From the NCBI GenBank assembly GCA_016192825.1, contig JACPTK010000053.1, positions 2,173 to 66,172 of the forward strand: a stretch of 64,000 nt of DNA, given 5' to 3'. The first letter of the stretch is position 1; the number at the start of each line of letters is the position of its first letter. The notes below the pieces were generated by a model. The model saw only the letters and a program-made list of their open reading frames with translations. It searched no databases and was not told the origin of the DNA. This stretch comes from Betaproteobacteria bacterium (GTDB taxonomy: Bacteria > Pseudomonadota > Gammaproteobacteria > Burkholderiales > SG8-41). The position numbers and the translations under genes were made by a program. Shown in pieces: positions 28,038 through 38,320 of this stretch.

Positions 28038-31000
28038 GTGAACGAAATCGTCCTCGGAATCCGCCTCACCGCCGACGGCAAGGCCGTCGTCACCGAGGTG
28101 CGCGCAGCGACCGAGGAAGTCAAGAAGCTCGGCCAGGCGGCGGGCCGGTCGAACGCCCAGGCCGCGGCCGAGGGCGAGAAGTTCACCGGGTCGCTCAAGC
28201 GCCAGGCCGACACGCTCGGCATGACGAAGTCGCAGACGCTCGCCTACGAAGCCTCGCAGCATCAGCTGACCACCGCGCAGAAGGAGTCGGTCGCGCAGTC
28301 GATCCGCGCGATCGGCGCGCACGAACAACATCAGATGGTGCTCGGCCGCGTCAAGGTCGCGGCGGCTGCCGCCGGCGCGGCGGTCACGGCGATGGCGATC
28401 GGTGGCTTGAAGGCGATGATCACCGAGACCGCGCGCGCCGAGCAGGCGAATCTCAAGCTCGAGGCGGTGCTGCGCGCGACCGGCAACGCGGCGGGATTTA
28501 CCAAGGCGCAGCTCGACGCAGAGGCCGAGTCCCTCAAACGCAGCACCGGCTTCGACGACGACCAGGTGCGCGCCAGCATGGCGGTGATGCTGACCTTCAA
28601 GCAGATCACCGGCGACACCTTCAGTGAATCCATGAGGATGGCCGCGGACCTGTCCCGGCTCCTCGGCCAGGATCTGCAAAGCTCGGTACTTCAGCTCGGC
28701 AAGGCGCTCGAGAATCCGGAGACAGGCTTGACCATGCTGAGCCGCTCCGGCGTCTCGTTCAACGATACTCAAAAGGAAACGATCAAACGCCTGGTTGACG
28801 TTGGCCGCCAGGCCGAGGCCCTGACGCTCATTCTCCAGACCATGAAACACCAAGGCATCGATCGAGTAGCCGAGAGCATGAACGTGGGCCTTACGGCGGC
28901 GATGCGCAATGCGGGGCTCGCATGGGACGACCTGCTCAAGGAGATCGGGAAAACCCCGCAAGTAAGGGGTCCCGTGGAGGCCACCTTTAACCACATCGAG
29001 AAGGTGCTGCTCAAGACCAAGGATCTCGTCGAACAGCCGTGGACCGAGCGGCTCAAGATCATCATGAGCGGCGGCCTTTACAGCGGCGCGCCGCCGGCGC
29101 GGGGGGAGTACGTCGGCGGCACCGAGGGGCGGCTCGCGCGCGAAGGCGCGCAGCGCCAGGCCGAAGAGCAGGCGCGCGCGCAGGCGCGCGCGGGGCTGGC
29201 TTCGTTCATGACGCCGTTCCAGGGCGAGGAGCAGAAGATGCTCATCGCGATGCGGGATTTTCTGGCGCGGTCCGAAGGTGCCGGGCTCTCGGATGACGAA
29301 GTGCAGCGTGGCATCCGGACGATCCGCTCGAAATTCATGGGCAAGGAAGAAGCGTCCGCGGCAATGCGCGCGGCGGAGGAGCTGCGCAATCTCTACGATC
29401 AGCTCGACAACACCGGCACGACGGTCAACGCGGCATTCCGCAAGCAGCTCGGGATGCTGCACGGCGAATACGAGAAAGGCGGCATGACGCTGGAGGTCTA
29501 TCAGGCCCGCGTCACGGAGCTCATCAACCGGACCGGTTTTGCTACGAAGCTCAAGGAGCAAGAGAAGGTCGCGCTCGACGCCTATCTCAAGTCCGAAGAA
29601 TTCCACGCGGATGTCATGAGGGAGATCAACGAGCTGACCGCGCAGCAGGGCAAGCTCCGCGCGGAGGCGCTTCGCGGCAGCCAGGGGGCGGCGGATCTCG
29701 CGCGCGACGAGCAGCAAATCGCCGAGCGCGAGCTATCCCTCATGGGTGCGAGCGTGCGCGAGCGTACCGCGGTAATCGAACAGTTAAAGGCGGAGCAGCA
29801 AGTGCGGCGCCAAATCGAGGACCTCAAGAATAAAGGGGTCTACCTCGATGAGACCGATCAGGAACACATGATGCAAAAAGCCCGGGAGGCCGCCGCGGCG
29901 AGGGCACGCACCGGGGAAATCCGCGAGACGCAGCAGGCGTGGCAGCGCACCGCGGACAACATCGAGCGCTCGCTCACCGATGCGCTCATGCGCGGCTTCG
30001 AGCGCGGCGAGAACATCGCTCAGAATTTCTGGCACAGCGTCAGAAACATATTTTTGACGCAGGCGTTGCAGATCCCGGTGCGCTTCGTCGCCGGGACGAT
30101 GGCGAGCGCGATCGGCTCGCTCGGCATCCCCGGCCTGGCGAACGCCGGCGGCGGCGCTTCCAGTCTGCTCGGCATGGGGAACCTGGTCTCCGGCGCTGGC
30201 GCGTTATCGAAGCTCGGGTTCGGGTTTGGCCAGACGATGGCTGACTTCGGCAACTTCTTCGGCTCGATCGGCTCGCTCACCGAGTCCGGCGCCACCTTCG
30301 GCCTGATGGACGCGATTGGCGGCTTCGCGGCGGCGAACCCGGTCACCGCCGCGCTGATGGTGGCGGGGCTCGCGCTCGGCGGGTCGAGCCTGCTCGGCAA
30401 CAAGCGGCCTTCGGCGCAGCTCACCGGCCGCCAGCTCTCGGGAAACGTCGCCGGCTACGGCGGCCTCAACGCCGCGCCCGACTTGACCTTCAACACCGGT
30501 TTCACGCCGGCCTCGGCCGGCTGGGAATACATGGGCGGGCTGTTCCAGACCGAGATCCGCGCGCTCTACGACCAGGTCGCGCAGCTCGGGCAGACGCTCG
30601 GGCGCGACACCAGCGGGCTGCGCGGTTTCACCGCGAGCGTCAGCACGCCTAAATTCCTGGACTACTCGGAGATCCTCGGCACGACGCTCCAGCAGATCAG
30701 CGACCAGCTCGCGACACAGTTGCTGCCCGACCTGCAGGACCTGGCCAAGGCCGGCGAGAGCGCCACGCAAACGCTGGTGCGGCTCGCGAACGAGGCCCAG
30801 CAGCAGCGGCTGGGCGAGATTTTCGGGCGCATGGGCGCAGCGGTGCAGCTCCAGGATGCGACGCGCGACCTGTGGCTCTCCGATCTGTCGCCGCTCACGG
30901 CGCGCCAGCGCCTCGATGCCTCGAACGCGCGCTACAGCGAGCTGCTCGGCCTGGCGCGCGGCGGCGATATCGGCGCCTATCAGGAGCTGCAGGGGTTCGT

Positions 31001-31385
31001 GCGCGGCAACCTGGAGGAGAACCGCGGCTACTACGCCGGCGCGAGCCCGGAGTACGTCGCGACGTTCCGGCAGCGCATGGAGGAGATTCAGGACCTCACT
31101 AGCAACACGATCACCGAGCAGTCCATCCAATTCGCGGAGCTGGGGCTTACAATGCGGAGCATCGATACAAGGCTCGCCAATATGGATCAGCGCATCGAGC
31201 AAGCGCTCGAAAGGGCGGTAGGGGCCCGCCTGGATGCGCTGCGCGCGACGGCGGAAGCGGGGAACGACCAGATCACCGACGCGATCGTGAGCACCCCGAT
31301 CGCCGTGGCCAACAACGCCGCGGGCGCCAGCGGGGCGCTGTTCCTCGACGACAGCACGATCGATCCGACCTACATGACCGACTAA
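28038..31385 (+). CDS. Tail tape-measure protein
   Basis: 1115 aa with a GTG start. It has coiled-coil N and C parts and the core LGKALENPETGLTMLSRSGVSFNDTQKETIKRLV, which is typical of tape-measure proteins. A Gly-rich hydrophobic segment follows (about 30090-30420). Confidence 0.75.
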   Translation: MNEIVLGIRLTADGKAVVTEVRAATEEVKKLGQAAGRSNAQAAAEGEKFTGSLKRQADTLGMTKSQTLAYEASQHQLTTAQKESVAQSIRAIGAHEQHQMVLGRVKVAAAAAGAAVTAMAIGGLKAMITETARAEQANLKLEAVLRATGNAAGFTKAQLDAEAESLKRSTGFDDDQVRASMAVMLTFKQITGDTFSESMRMAADLSRLLGQDLQSSVLQLGKALENPETGLTMLSRSGVSFNDTQKETIKRLVDVGRQAEALTLILQTMKHQGIDRVAESMNVGLTAAMRNAGLAWDDLLKEIGKTPQVRGPVEATFNHIEKVLLKTKDLVEQPWTERLKIIMSGGLYSGAPPARGEYVGGTEGRLAREGAQRQAEEQARAQARAGLASFMTPFQGEEQKMLIAMRDFLARSEGAGLSDDEVQRGIRTIRSKFMGKEEASAAMRAAEELRNLYDQLDNTGTTVNAAFRKQLGMLHGEYEKGGMTLEVYQARVTELINRTGFATKLKEQEKVALDAYLKSEEFHADVMREINELTAQQGKLRAEALRGSQGAADLARDEQQIAERELSLMGASVRERTAVIEQLKAEQQVRRQIEDLKNKGVYLDETDQEHMMQKAREAAAARARTGEIRETQQAWQRTADNIERSLTDALMRGFERGENIAQNFWHSVRNIFLTQALQIPVRFVAGTMASAIGSLGIPGLANAGGGASSLLGMGNLVSGAGALSKLGFGFGQTMADFGNFFGSIGSLTESGATFGLMDAIGGFAAANPVTAALMVAGLALGGSSLLGNKRPSAQLTGRQLSGNVAGYGGLNAAPDLTFNTGFTPASAGWEYMGGLFQTEIRALYDQVAQLGQTLGRDTSGLRGFTASVSTPKFLDYSEILGTTLQQISDQLATQLLPDLQDLAKAGESATQTLVRLANEAQQQRLGEIFGRMGAAVQLQDATRDLWLSDLSPLTARQRLDASNARYSELLGLARGGDIGAYQELQGFVRGNLEENRGYYAGASPEYVATFRQRMEEIQDLTSNTITEQSIQFAELGLTMRSIDTRLANMDQRIEQALERAVGARLDALRATAEAGNDQITDAIVSTPIAVANNAAGASGALFLDDSTIDPTYMTD

Positions 31386-31406
31386 CAACTAGAGACGCGA
31401 ACTACT

Positions 31407-31730
31407 ATGCAGGACCTCGCAAAGGCAGTTGAACAATGCAAAGTTCTGCTGAGGCAGATTGACGAGCAAGTGAAGGTGCTCGTCGGGCTGAAGGAACTGG
31501 AGGCGCTCTTCTCGCTGAAGGAGCGAGACCCGTCGATCTTGAGCGGGGTTGACGGCATATTGAAGGAGCTGCGGGAGATGAAGCTCCGCGTTAGCGGGGC
31601 TGTGAAAGTTTTCAGCGCGGTACCCGGCGCGATCGAGGACATCAATCAGGCGCTGTTGCTGTTTACTCGCGCGAAGGATTTCGCGGAGACGGTCGCGCAG
31701 CGCCGCAAGCGCGCCGGGGGCCAAGGCTGA
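31407..31730 (+). CDS. Hypothetical protein
   Basis: 107 aa, helical. No motif recognised. Confidence 0.4.
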   Translation: MQDLAKAVEQCKVLLRQIDEQVKVLVGLKELEALFSLKERDPSILSGVDGILKELREMKLRVSGAVKVFSAVPGAIEDINQALLLFTRAKDFAETVAQRRKRAGGQG

Positions 31731-31735
31731 CAGCG

Positions 31736-32086
31736 ATGGCTGGCCCCGCGCTTGAATACACCGGCTTTCTCCCTGAACTGGCGGACAAACTAATCGCATT
31801 TCTTATTGCGGCGGGCTGGTCGCGCGAGCGCGCCGAGGCGCTTGCACGAGCGCTCGTTGACAGCATGAGGCGCAATTGGGGCGGCACTCAGGTCTACATT
31901 CCATCGCAACGACCGATCGACAGATTGCTTCGCGATGCAGAGATCGCGCGCAGATGGAACGGGCGTAACACACTCGAGTTGTGCCGCGAGTTCGGGATCA
32001 GCGACGAGCGGGTGCGGCAGATCTATGACGAAGCGCGACGCAAGGCCAAATCGGTTTCAGCCGGGGCCCAGGCGGCGCGTAAATAA
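31736..32086 (+). CDS. Second Mor/C-family activator paralog
   Basis: 116 aa. WGGTQVYIPS plus ELCREFGISDERVRQIY fit the Mor/C family. It is the last gene before the right end. Confidence 0.65.
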   Translation: MAGPALEYTGFLPELADKLIAFLIAAGWSRERAEALARALVDSMRRNWGGTQVYIPSQRPIDRLLRDAEIARRWNGRNTLELCREFGISDERVRQIYDEARRKAKSVSAGAQAARK

Positions 32087-32252
32087 GCGTTAACGGCCCA
32101 TTAAATTCCGGGCTGTTGCGCCGCAACAAATCCCTTTCTTTCACCCCGATGGCGACACGTCGAGAAGGGCGCGAAAGGCATCAAAGAGGCCGCCCGATTG
32201 CGGCAATGAAAAAACGACGTATCCTCCGAGAATCAATCGTTTAGCCGATTTC

Positions 32253-32302
32253 GAATTTGCAAATTACCTGATCCGGATTTGCAAATTGGGTGATCCCCGT
32301 CA
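32253..32302 (-). repeat. Right-end transposase-binding-type repeats (two sites)
   Basis: The reverse complement reads TGACGGGGATCACCCAATTTGCAAATCC and then GGATCAGGTAATTTGCAAATTCGA. Both match the left-end sites. Confidence 0.8.
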
Positions 32303-32307
32303 CTAAC
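32303..32307. repeat. Target-site duplication CTAAC (right copy)
   Basis: Identical to 18591-18595 and directly abutting the CA terminus. Confidence 0.85.
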
Positions 32308-32310
32308 CTG

Positions 32311-32338
32311 TTGTCTTTGCGGGCTCTTGTCGGTATTA

Positions 32339-32339
<1 letters not shown>
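32311..32339 (+). promoter_or_regulatory. Sigma70-type groESL promoter
   Basis: TTGTCT, a 17-nt spacer, then TATTAT, immediately followed by CIRCE. Confidence 0.55.
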
Positions 32340-34373
<2,034 letters not shown>

Positions 34374-34424
34374 CGAGCCCGTCAGGGCGAGTCATTCCCG
34401 CGAAAGCGGGGACCCAGAAGAAGA

Positions 34425-34450
34425 CCCCGCTCCGGCGGGGTTTTCTTTTT
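34425..34450 (+). terminator. groEL rho-independent terminator
   Basis: CCCCGC-tccg-GCGGGG followed by TTTTCTTTTT. Confidence 0.75.
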
Positions 34451-34470
34451 CCAGCTTAGGGGTCAGAAAT

Positions 34471-34570
34471 GGACAGGATTAACAGGATTAACAAGATTCA
34501 AACAGAAAACCGGAATGCATTTCGACATTCCTTGTTCTGATCGTGCAAATCTTGTGAATCCTGTCTATTT
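34471..34570. repeat. Inverted repeat built on the GGACAGGATTAAC / ACAAGATT motif
   Basis: GGACAGGATTAACAGGATTAACAAGATT (34471-34498) faces AATCTTGTGAATCCTGTCTATTT (34548-34570). Related copies lie at 4774-4789 and 55582-55602. Confidence 0.6.
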
Positions 34571-34574
34571 GTTC

Positions 34575-34603
34575 TTGACGCTCGGGGTGGTTAACGCTTA
34601 AAT
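34575..34603 (+). promoter_or_regulatory. Strong sigma70-like promoter with a GC-rich discriminator (tRNA-type)
   Basis: TTGACG, a 17-nt spacer, then TTAAAT followed by TGCGCGC. It points into the tRNA-Phe array. Confidence 0.5.
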
Positions 34604-34676
34604 TGCGCGCTTCCCGGCAGGGCGGTCGCATCAGTTTGCCGGAGAATCCAGCCTCTTCGTTTTCGTGGTTCCCGGG

Positions 34677-34912
34677 GGCCAGGTAGCTCGATCATTCCGG
34701 TGCGGAAATGGTTGGCCCCATTTCCGCACAGTACATTCCCCCTCGCCCTTCGGGAGAGGGGAAGGGGTGAGGGTAAGGTAGAGCAGAGGACTGAAAGCGA
34801 GCTGCAATCTAGCTCGCTTCAGTGAAGGCTAACATTCACGGCGGAAACGCCGTTAATGTTAAGTGCCGAAAGGCGCGGCCGGAACTAAAATCTCTGTGTC
34901 AGGCGGTTCAAC
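34677..34912 (+). pseudogene. tRNA-Phe pseudo-copy 1, interrupted in the D loop and anticodon loop and truncated in the T loop
   Basis: GGCCAGGTAGCTC, then an 87-nt insert, GGTAGAGCAGAGGACTGAAA, a 90-nt insert, and AAAATCTCTGTGTCAGGCGGTTCAAC. The T-stem 3' strand and the acceptor 3' strand are missing. Confidence 0.8.
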
Positions 34913-34928
34913 GGTTTTTGCAGCAAGT

Positions 34929-35222
34929 GGCCGGGTAGCTCGATCATTCCGGTGCGGAAATGATTGATCTCACATTTCCGCACTGTACATTTCCCCTCGC
35001 CCCTTGGGAGAGGGGGAAGGGGTGAGGGTAAGGTAGAGCAGAGGACTGAAAACGAGCCGCGGACTTCGCTTCAGCGAAGTCGGACCGGCAGGTCATATGG
35101 GAGATTCATCCCCATTTGCGCGGCTCGTTTCGGCGTAGGCTAACATTCATGGGCGCAGGCCCGTTAATGTTAAGGCTGACGAAAAGTCAGCCGGCCGGAG
35201 CCAAAATCCTTGTGTCGGCGGG
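34929..35222 (+). pseudogene. tRNA-Phe pseudo-copy 2, with the same two insertion points, truncated after the T-stem 5' strand
   Basis: GGCCGGGTAGCTC, then a 90-nt insert, GGTAGAGCAGAGGACTGAAAA, a 150-nt insert, and AAAATCCTTGTGTCGGCGG. The upstream flank GCAGYAA(A)GT is also shared with copy 3. Confidence 0.8.
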
Positions 35223-35244
35223 ACCGTGTTGTGTGCAGTAAAGT

Positions 35245-35320
<76 letters not shown>

Positions 35321-35332
35321 TTCGATTTCCCC

Positions 35333-35353
35333 CCAACTGAGCTACTCGGCCAC
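35333..35353 (-). repeat. Inverted copy of the tRNA-Phe 5' end
   Basis: The reverse complement GTGGCCGAGTAGCTCAGTTGG matches 35243-35263 at 20 of 21 positions. It starts 12 nt after the tRNA CCA end. Confidence 0.85.
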
Positions 35354-35492
35354 CTCTGCGTCCCCGGGCTTGCCTTGGACGTGAGCGTCCGCCCGGCCGC
35401 GAGAACGCGTTATCGTGGCCATCGTTCGCGCCATCTCCATCTGGCGCCCTCGCCTTCACAGCCCTTTTCGTCACTGCCTTCCCACTCCCCAG

Positions 35493-35912
35493 TTACCCAC
35501 TCCGCCTGCGCAGCGACTCGATCATCTTCCAACTTGCTTCCCCAGGCAATCGGGCTTCCCAGAACCGCCAGCCGTTGACTGCGCTTCCGGTGATTGAGAC
35601 TGCCGCCGAAGACGGCGAATCGTACCGCTTGCCGTTGAGCACAAGCGCGCCCGCGTCCACGCGCGCCAGGTGGGTCTGCCCTTTATAGTGCGCCCGGAAC
35701 TCGGTGCCGACGGGGAACCGCACGCCCTTGGTGATCCAGTCACCCGGGGCAGGGGTCGCCGGCGCCGCGCTCGGCCCCTTCTTGCGCGGGAGCTGGAGCA
35801 AATCGCGCAGCACGTCATTCTCGGTGACGTCCTCGGACGGCCGCCGCACCATTAGCGCCTTATACACGTCAAAATCCACTTCGATGGTCCGCATAAGAAT
35901 CTCCACTGGCAA
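35493..35912 (-). CDS. Hypothetical protein with a SeqA-N-terminal-like start
   Basis: 139 aa. TIEVDFDVYKALMVRR...NDVLRDLL resembles the SeqA N-terminal motif. The C-terminal part (YDSPSSAAVSITGSAVNGWRFW) is unassigned. Confidence 0.4.
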   Translation of the reverse strand: MPVEILMRTIEVDFDVYKALMVRRPSEDVTENDVLRDLLQLPRKKGPSAAPATPAPGDWITKGVRFPVGTEFRAHYKGQTHLARVDAGALVLNGKRYDSPSSAAVSITGSAVNGWRFWEARLPGEASWKMIESLRRRSG

Positions 35913-35974
35913 CGTTAGAGCCTAATAGTCTTGCAGACTTTAAGGTCTGTCAAGTATAGCTCAGGCAATCGTCT

Positions 35975-36003
35975 TTGACATCCCCCCTAGGGCTCTGTAA
36001 TGT
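35975..36003 (+). promoter_or_regulatory. Sigma70-like promoter for the XRE/nucleotidyltransferase operon
   Basis: TTGACA, a 17-nt spacer, then TAATGT, ending 28 bp upstream of GTG 36032. Confidence 0.5.
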
Positions 36004-36031
36004 TGCATATATCTAATATTCAAGAAAAACC

Positions 36032-36529
36032 GTGCGAATCCAGGAGCTGGGGAGCGAGATCCGGAGGGCCCGTCAGGCGCGAGGGCTGACGCAGGCGCAA
36101 CTCGCCCGCGCAGCAGGGGTTTCCCGCGAGACTCTCAACCTGCTGGAGAGCGGCCTTGTGCGGGACTTGGGCATCCGGAAGGTGTTTGCCGTGCTTGAGC
36201 ACCTCGGGCTGAGCGTGACGCTGCAGCAGGGAATGCGACCCGGCCGGCCGGACTACGTGCGCATGGCGTGCACGACCGCGAGCGTGAGTTTCAAGAGTGC
36301 GCTCACGGAAAAGGAGCTGATCCACGCTCTCGTGACGGGCAAGGTCCCCGCAAAGCGGGCCCCGCATTTGCGGACACTGCTCGAGGAGGCACCGGCGCCC
36401 TTGCTGCAAAGGCTGGCGGAGGAAGCGGCCGGATGGACGAAGCCCGGAAAACTGGAGAAGAACCTGCGCAAACTGGCAAGCGACTTGGGCGTGTCGCGGA
36501 GCGTCGAGAGATGGCTGAGGATCGGCTGA
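36032..36529 (+). CDS. XRE-family HTH protein, putative antitoxin
   Basis: 165 aa. The HTH is GLTQAQLARAAGVSRETLNLLESG. It overlaps the downstream nucleotidyltransferase gene by 19 nt. Confidence 0.7.
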   Translation: MRIQELGSEIRRARQARGLTQAQLARAAGVSRETLNLLESGLVRDLGIRKVFAVLEHLGLSVTLQQGMRPGRPDYVRMACTTASVSFKSALTEKELIHALVTGKVPAKRAPHLRTLLEEAPAPLLQRLAEEAAGWTKPGKLEKNLRKLASDLGVSRSVERWLRIG

Positions 36530-37149
36530 GGGTTTGGGAGACGCTGTTTCAGCGCGCGCTTGAGCTGATCGATTCGGTCAGCTACGCAGGCATCACGATT
36601 GAAGACTGGAGTTTCGGGGGTGGGACGGTCCTGATGCGACGGCACCACCATCGGTTCAGCAAGGACATAGACATCTTCGTCCCCGATCCGCAGTACCTGG
36701 GATATCTGAACCCCAGACTCAATACCAGAGCCGAGTTGCTGACAACGAAATATGTTGAGCAGTCGAACTCTCTCAAGCTCATTTTCCCGGAAGGGGAAAT
36801 CGACTTCGTTGCATCCGCGCCGCTGACGGAAGATCCTACAATCACGGAGCAGTTGCTTGGGCGCCCGGTCCAAGTCGAAACATCCACCGAAATCGTTGCA
36901 AAGAAAGTCTGGCACCGCGGGGTTGAGTTCACCGCTCGGGACATTTTCGACTTTGCGATGGTGACAGAGAGGGAACCGAAGGCGCTATGGAGGATCGAGC
37001 CTGTCCTCCGCGATCGTAGAGACGCAGTCCTTCACAGAATCATCTCACAGGACGCGTTTCTGAGAGATGCTTTCGCCGAACTCGAAGTGCTCGATTACCG
37101 GCGAAGCTTCGATGAATGCGTCGCGCTAGTCAGGAAAGCTTTCGGATAG
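36511..37149 (+). CDS. AbiEii/DUF1814-like nucleotidyltransferase, putative type IV toxin
   Basis: ORF 36268..37149 trimmed to ATG 36511. FGGGTVLMRRHHHRFSKDIDIFV matches the GGTAL...HR.S.DiD signature of AbiEii-type nucleotidyltransferases. Confidence 0.65.
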   Translation: MAEDRLRVWETLFQRALELIDSVSYAGITIEDWSFGGGTVLMRRHHHRFSKDIDIFVPDPQYLGYLNPRLNTRAELLTTKYVEQSNSLKLIFPEGEIDFVASAPLTEDPTITEQLLGRPVQVETSTEIVAKKVWHRGVEFTARDIFDFAMVTEREPKALWRIEPVLRDRRDAVLHRIISQDAFLRDAFAELEVLDYRRSFDECVALVRKAFG

Positions 37150-37181
37150 TCAAGGTCAACGCAGGTTGACCGGCCGAAGCT

Positions 37182-37222
37182 AAAACCCTTTGTCGGCGGT
37201 TCAATTCCGTCCCCGGCCACCA
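37182..37222 (+). repeat. Direct repeat of the tRNA-Phe 3' half (att-type)
   Basis: AAAACCCTTTGTCGGCGGTTCAATTCCGTCCCCGGCCACCA aligned by hand to tRNA positions 35279-35320. There are 2 mismatches and one 1-nt gap. Confidence 0.85.
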
Positions 37223-37301
37223 TTTCCTTGACCGCGCGATGAACGGCGGCTTTGCCGTACGTTCGAACGCGTGGAATTAAACCGGCGCGCAGCGTCCGGA
37301 T

Positions 37302-38225
37302 TTAATCCGACTTCAGGATCTCCATCCCCGCCTGCAGGCAGCGCTCGATGCGTGCCTTCTCCTTCGCGATCGAGTCGTCCGTCCACTCCCAGAAGCCGCG
37401 CTTCGTTTTCATGCCGAGGCGGCCCTGCTTCACCATGTCCTTGACGGCCGCCGGAAACTCCGGCGTGGCGTAGAGGTGGGGGTAGAGCGCGGTCCCGACG
37501 AGGGCGTTGGTGTCCCACCCCGACATCTCCTTCTGCAGGATCGGGCCGCAGGCGATGAAGCGGAAGCCGAAGCCGTAGCGCACCGCGGTGTCGACGCCCT
37601 CCGGCGAGACGATGCCGTCCTGGATGAGATAGAGCGCCTCGCGCAGCATGGCGTGCTGCAAGCGGTTGCCGACGAAGCCCGGCACGTCCTTTTTCACCCA
37701 CACCGGCGCCTTGTCGAGCGCCTTCATCAGCGCGACCAGGCCCTCGGCCACTTTCGGGTCGGTGAATTCCGCGCTCACCACCTCGACCAGCGGCACCAGG
37801 TGCGCCGGCATGAAAAAGTGCAGGCCCGCGACCCGCGCGCGGCGCTTCAACGCCCTGCCGATCTCGCCGATGGGGAAGTTGGACGTATTGCTCGTCAGCG
37901 GGATCTCGGGACGCGCGAGCGCTTCGAGCTCACCGAACAGTCTTTGCTTGAGGGGCAGATCCTCGACCGCGGCCTCGACCGCGATGTCGACGTCGCGCCA
38001 TGGCAAGTCCTCGAGCTTCGCGTAGTCTTTCAGACCACGCGCCGCGTCCGGGCTCGCCTTGAGCTTTTTCAGGCCCGCTTCGATGCGCGCGGGCAGCGCA
38101 TCGCGCGTCTTCTGCGACGGGCTCATCACGTGCACGTTCCAGCCGCCCGCGGCGAAGACGACCGCGATGTCCCCGCCCATGATGCCGCCGCCGACGATCG
38201 CCACATGGGATTTCCGCGCTGCCAT
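37302..38225 (-). CDS. 3-hydroxyacyl-CoA dehydrogenase family protein
   Basis: 307 aa. The N-terminal Rossmann motif is VAIVGGGIMGGDIAVVFA. Confidence 0.8.
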   Translation of the reverse strand: MAARKSHVAIVGGGIMGGDIAVVFAAGGWNVHVMSPSQKTRDALPARIEAGLKKLKASPDAARGLKDYAKLEDLPWRDVDIAVEAAVEDLPLKQRLFGELEALARPEIPLTSNTSNFPIGEIGRALKRRARVAGLHFFMPAHLVPLVEVVSAEFTDPKVAEGLVALMKALDKAPVWVKKDVPGFVGNRLQHAMLREALYLIQDGIVSPEGVDTAVRYGFGFRFIACGPILQKEMSGWDTNALVGTALYPHLYATPEFPAAVKDMVKQGRLGMKTKRGFWEWTDDSIAKEKARIERCLQAGMEILKSD

Positions 38226-38320
38226 GGATCACGCTCCGGGTAGACCCCAGTGAGTTGAGGGATGTGACGGTTGGATGGGACGGGATTGAATTATCCGGAA
38301 TCCCGAGGCGGGATTCCGGA

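Larger units (their letters stand above)
18596..32302 (+). mobile_element. Mu-like transposable prophage-derived element, 13,707 bp, with a reduced late region
   Basis: The ends are 5'-TG...CA-3'. The first 25 nt of the left end match the reverse complement of the right end at 20 positions. There are sub-terminal GGATCAG-N3-WTTGCAAAT repeats and a 5-bp CTAAC duplication. Gene order is Mu-like: repressor (leftward), then ner, A (DDE), B (AAA+), gemA, mor. Confidence 0.85.
35321..37222. mobile_element. Integrase-less islet between tRNA-Phe and a 3'-half direct repeat
   Basis: It is bounded by the tRNA 3' end (35320) and a 41-nt repeat of the tRNA 3' half (37182-37222). It carries a toxin-antitoxin pair and one further ORF. 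Confidence 0.55.

Noticed and set aside
18522-32330. Inverted repeat AGAGCCCGCA (18526-) / TGCGGGCTCT (32319-) as the termini of the Mu-like element
   Set aside because: The distances to candidate TG/CA ends are unequal. The right copy lies inside the groESL promoter spacer. The better-matching termini with a 5-bp duplication lie at 18596 and 32302. This repeat is host DNA that was contiguous before the insertion.
35053-35202. Group I (self-splicing) intron in the anticodon loop of the tRNA-Phe pseudo-copies
   Set aside because: The inserts are only 90 and 150 nt. The 5' junction follows A (no U for a U.G pair at the splice site). The inserts end in C or T rather than G. I see no P7/G-binding-site-like core. 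The host copies also lack the tRNA 3' end, so splicing could not yield a tRNA.
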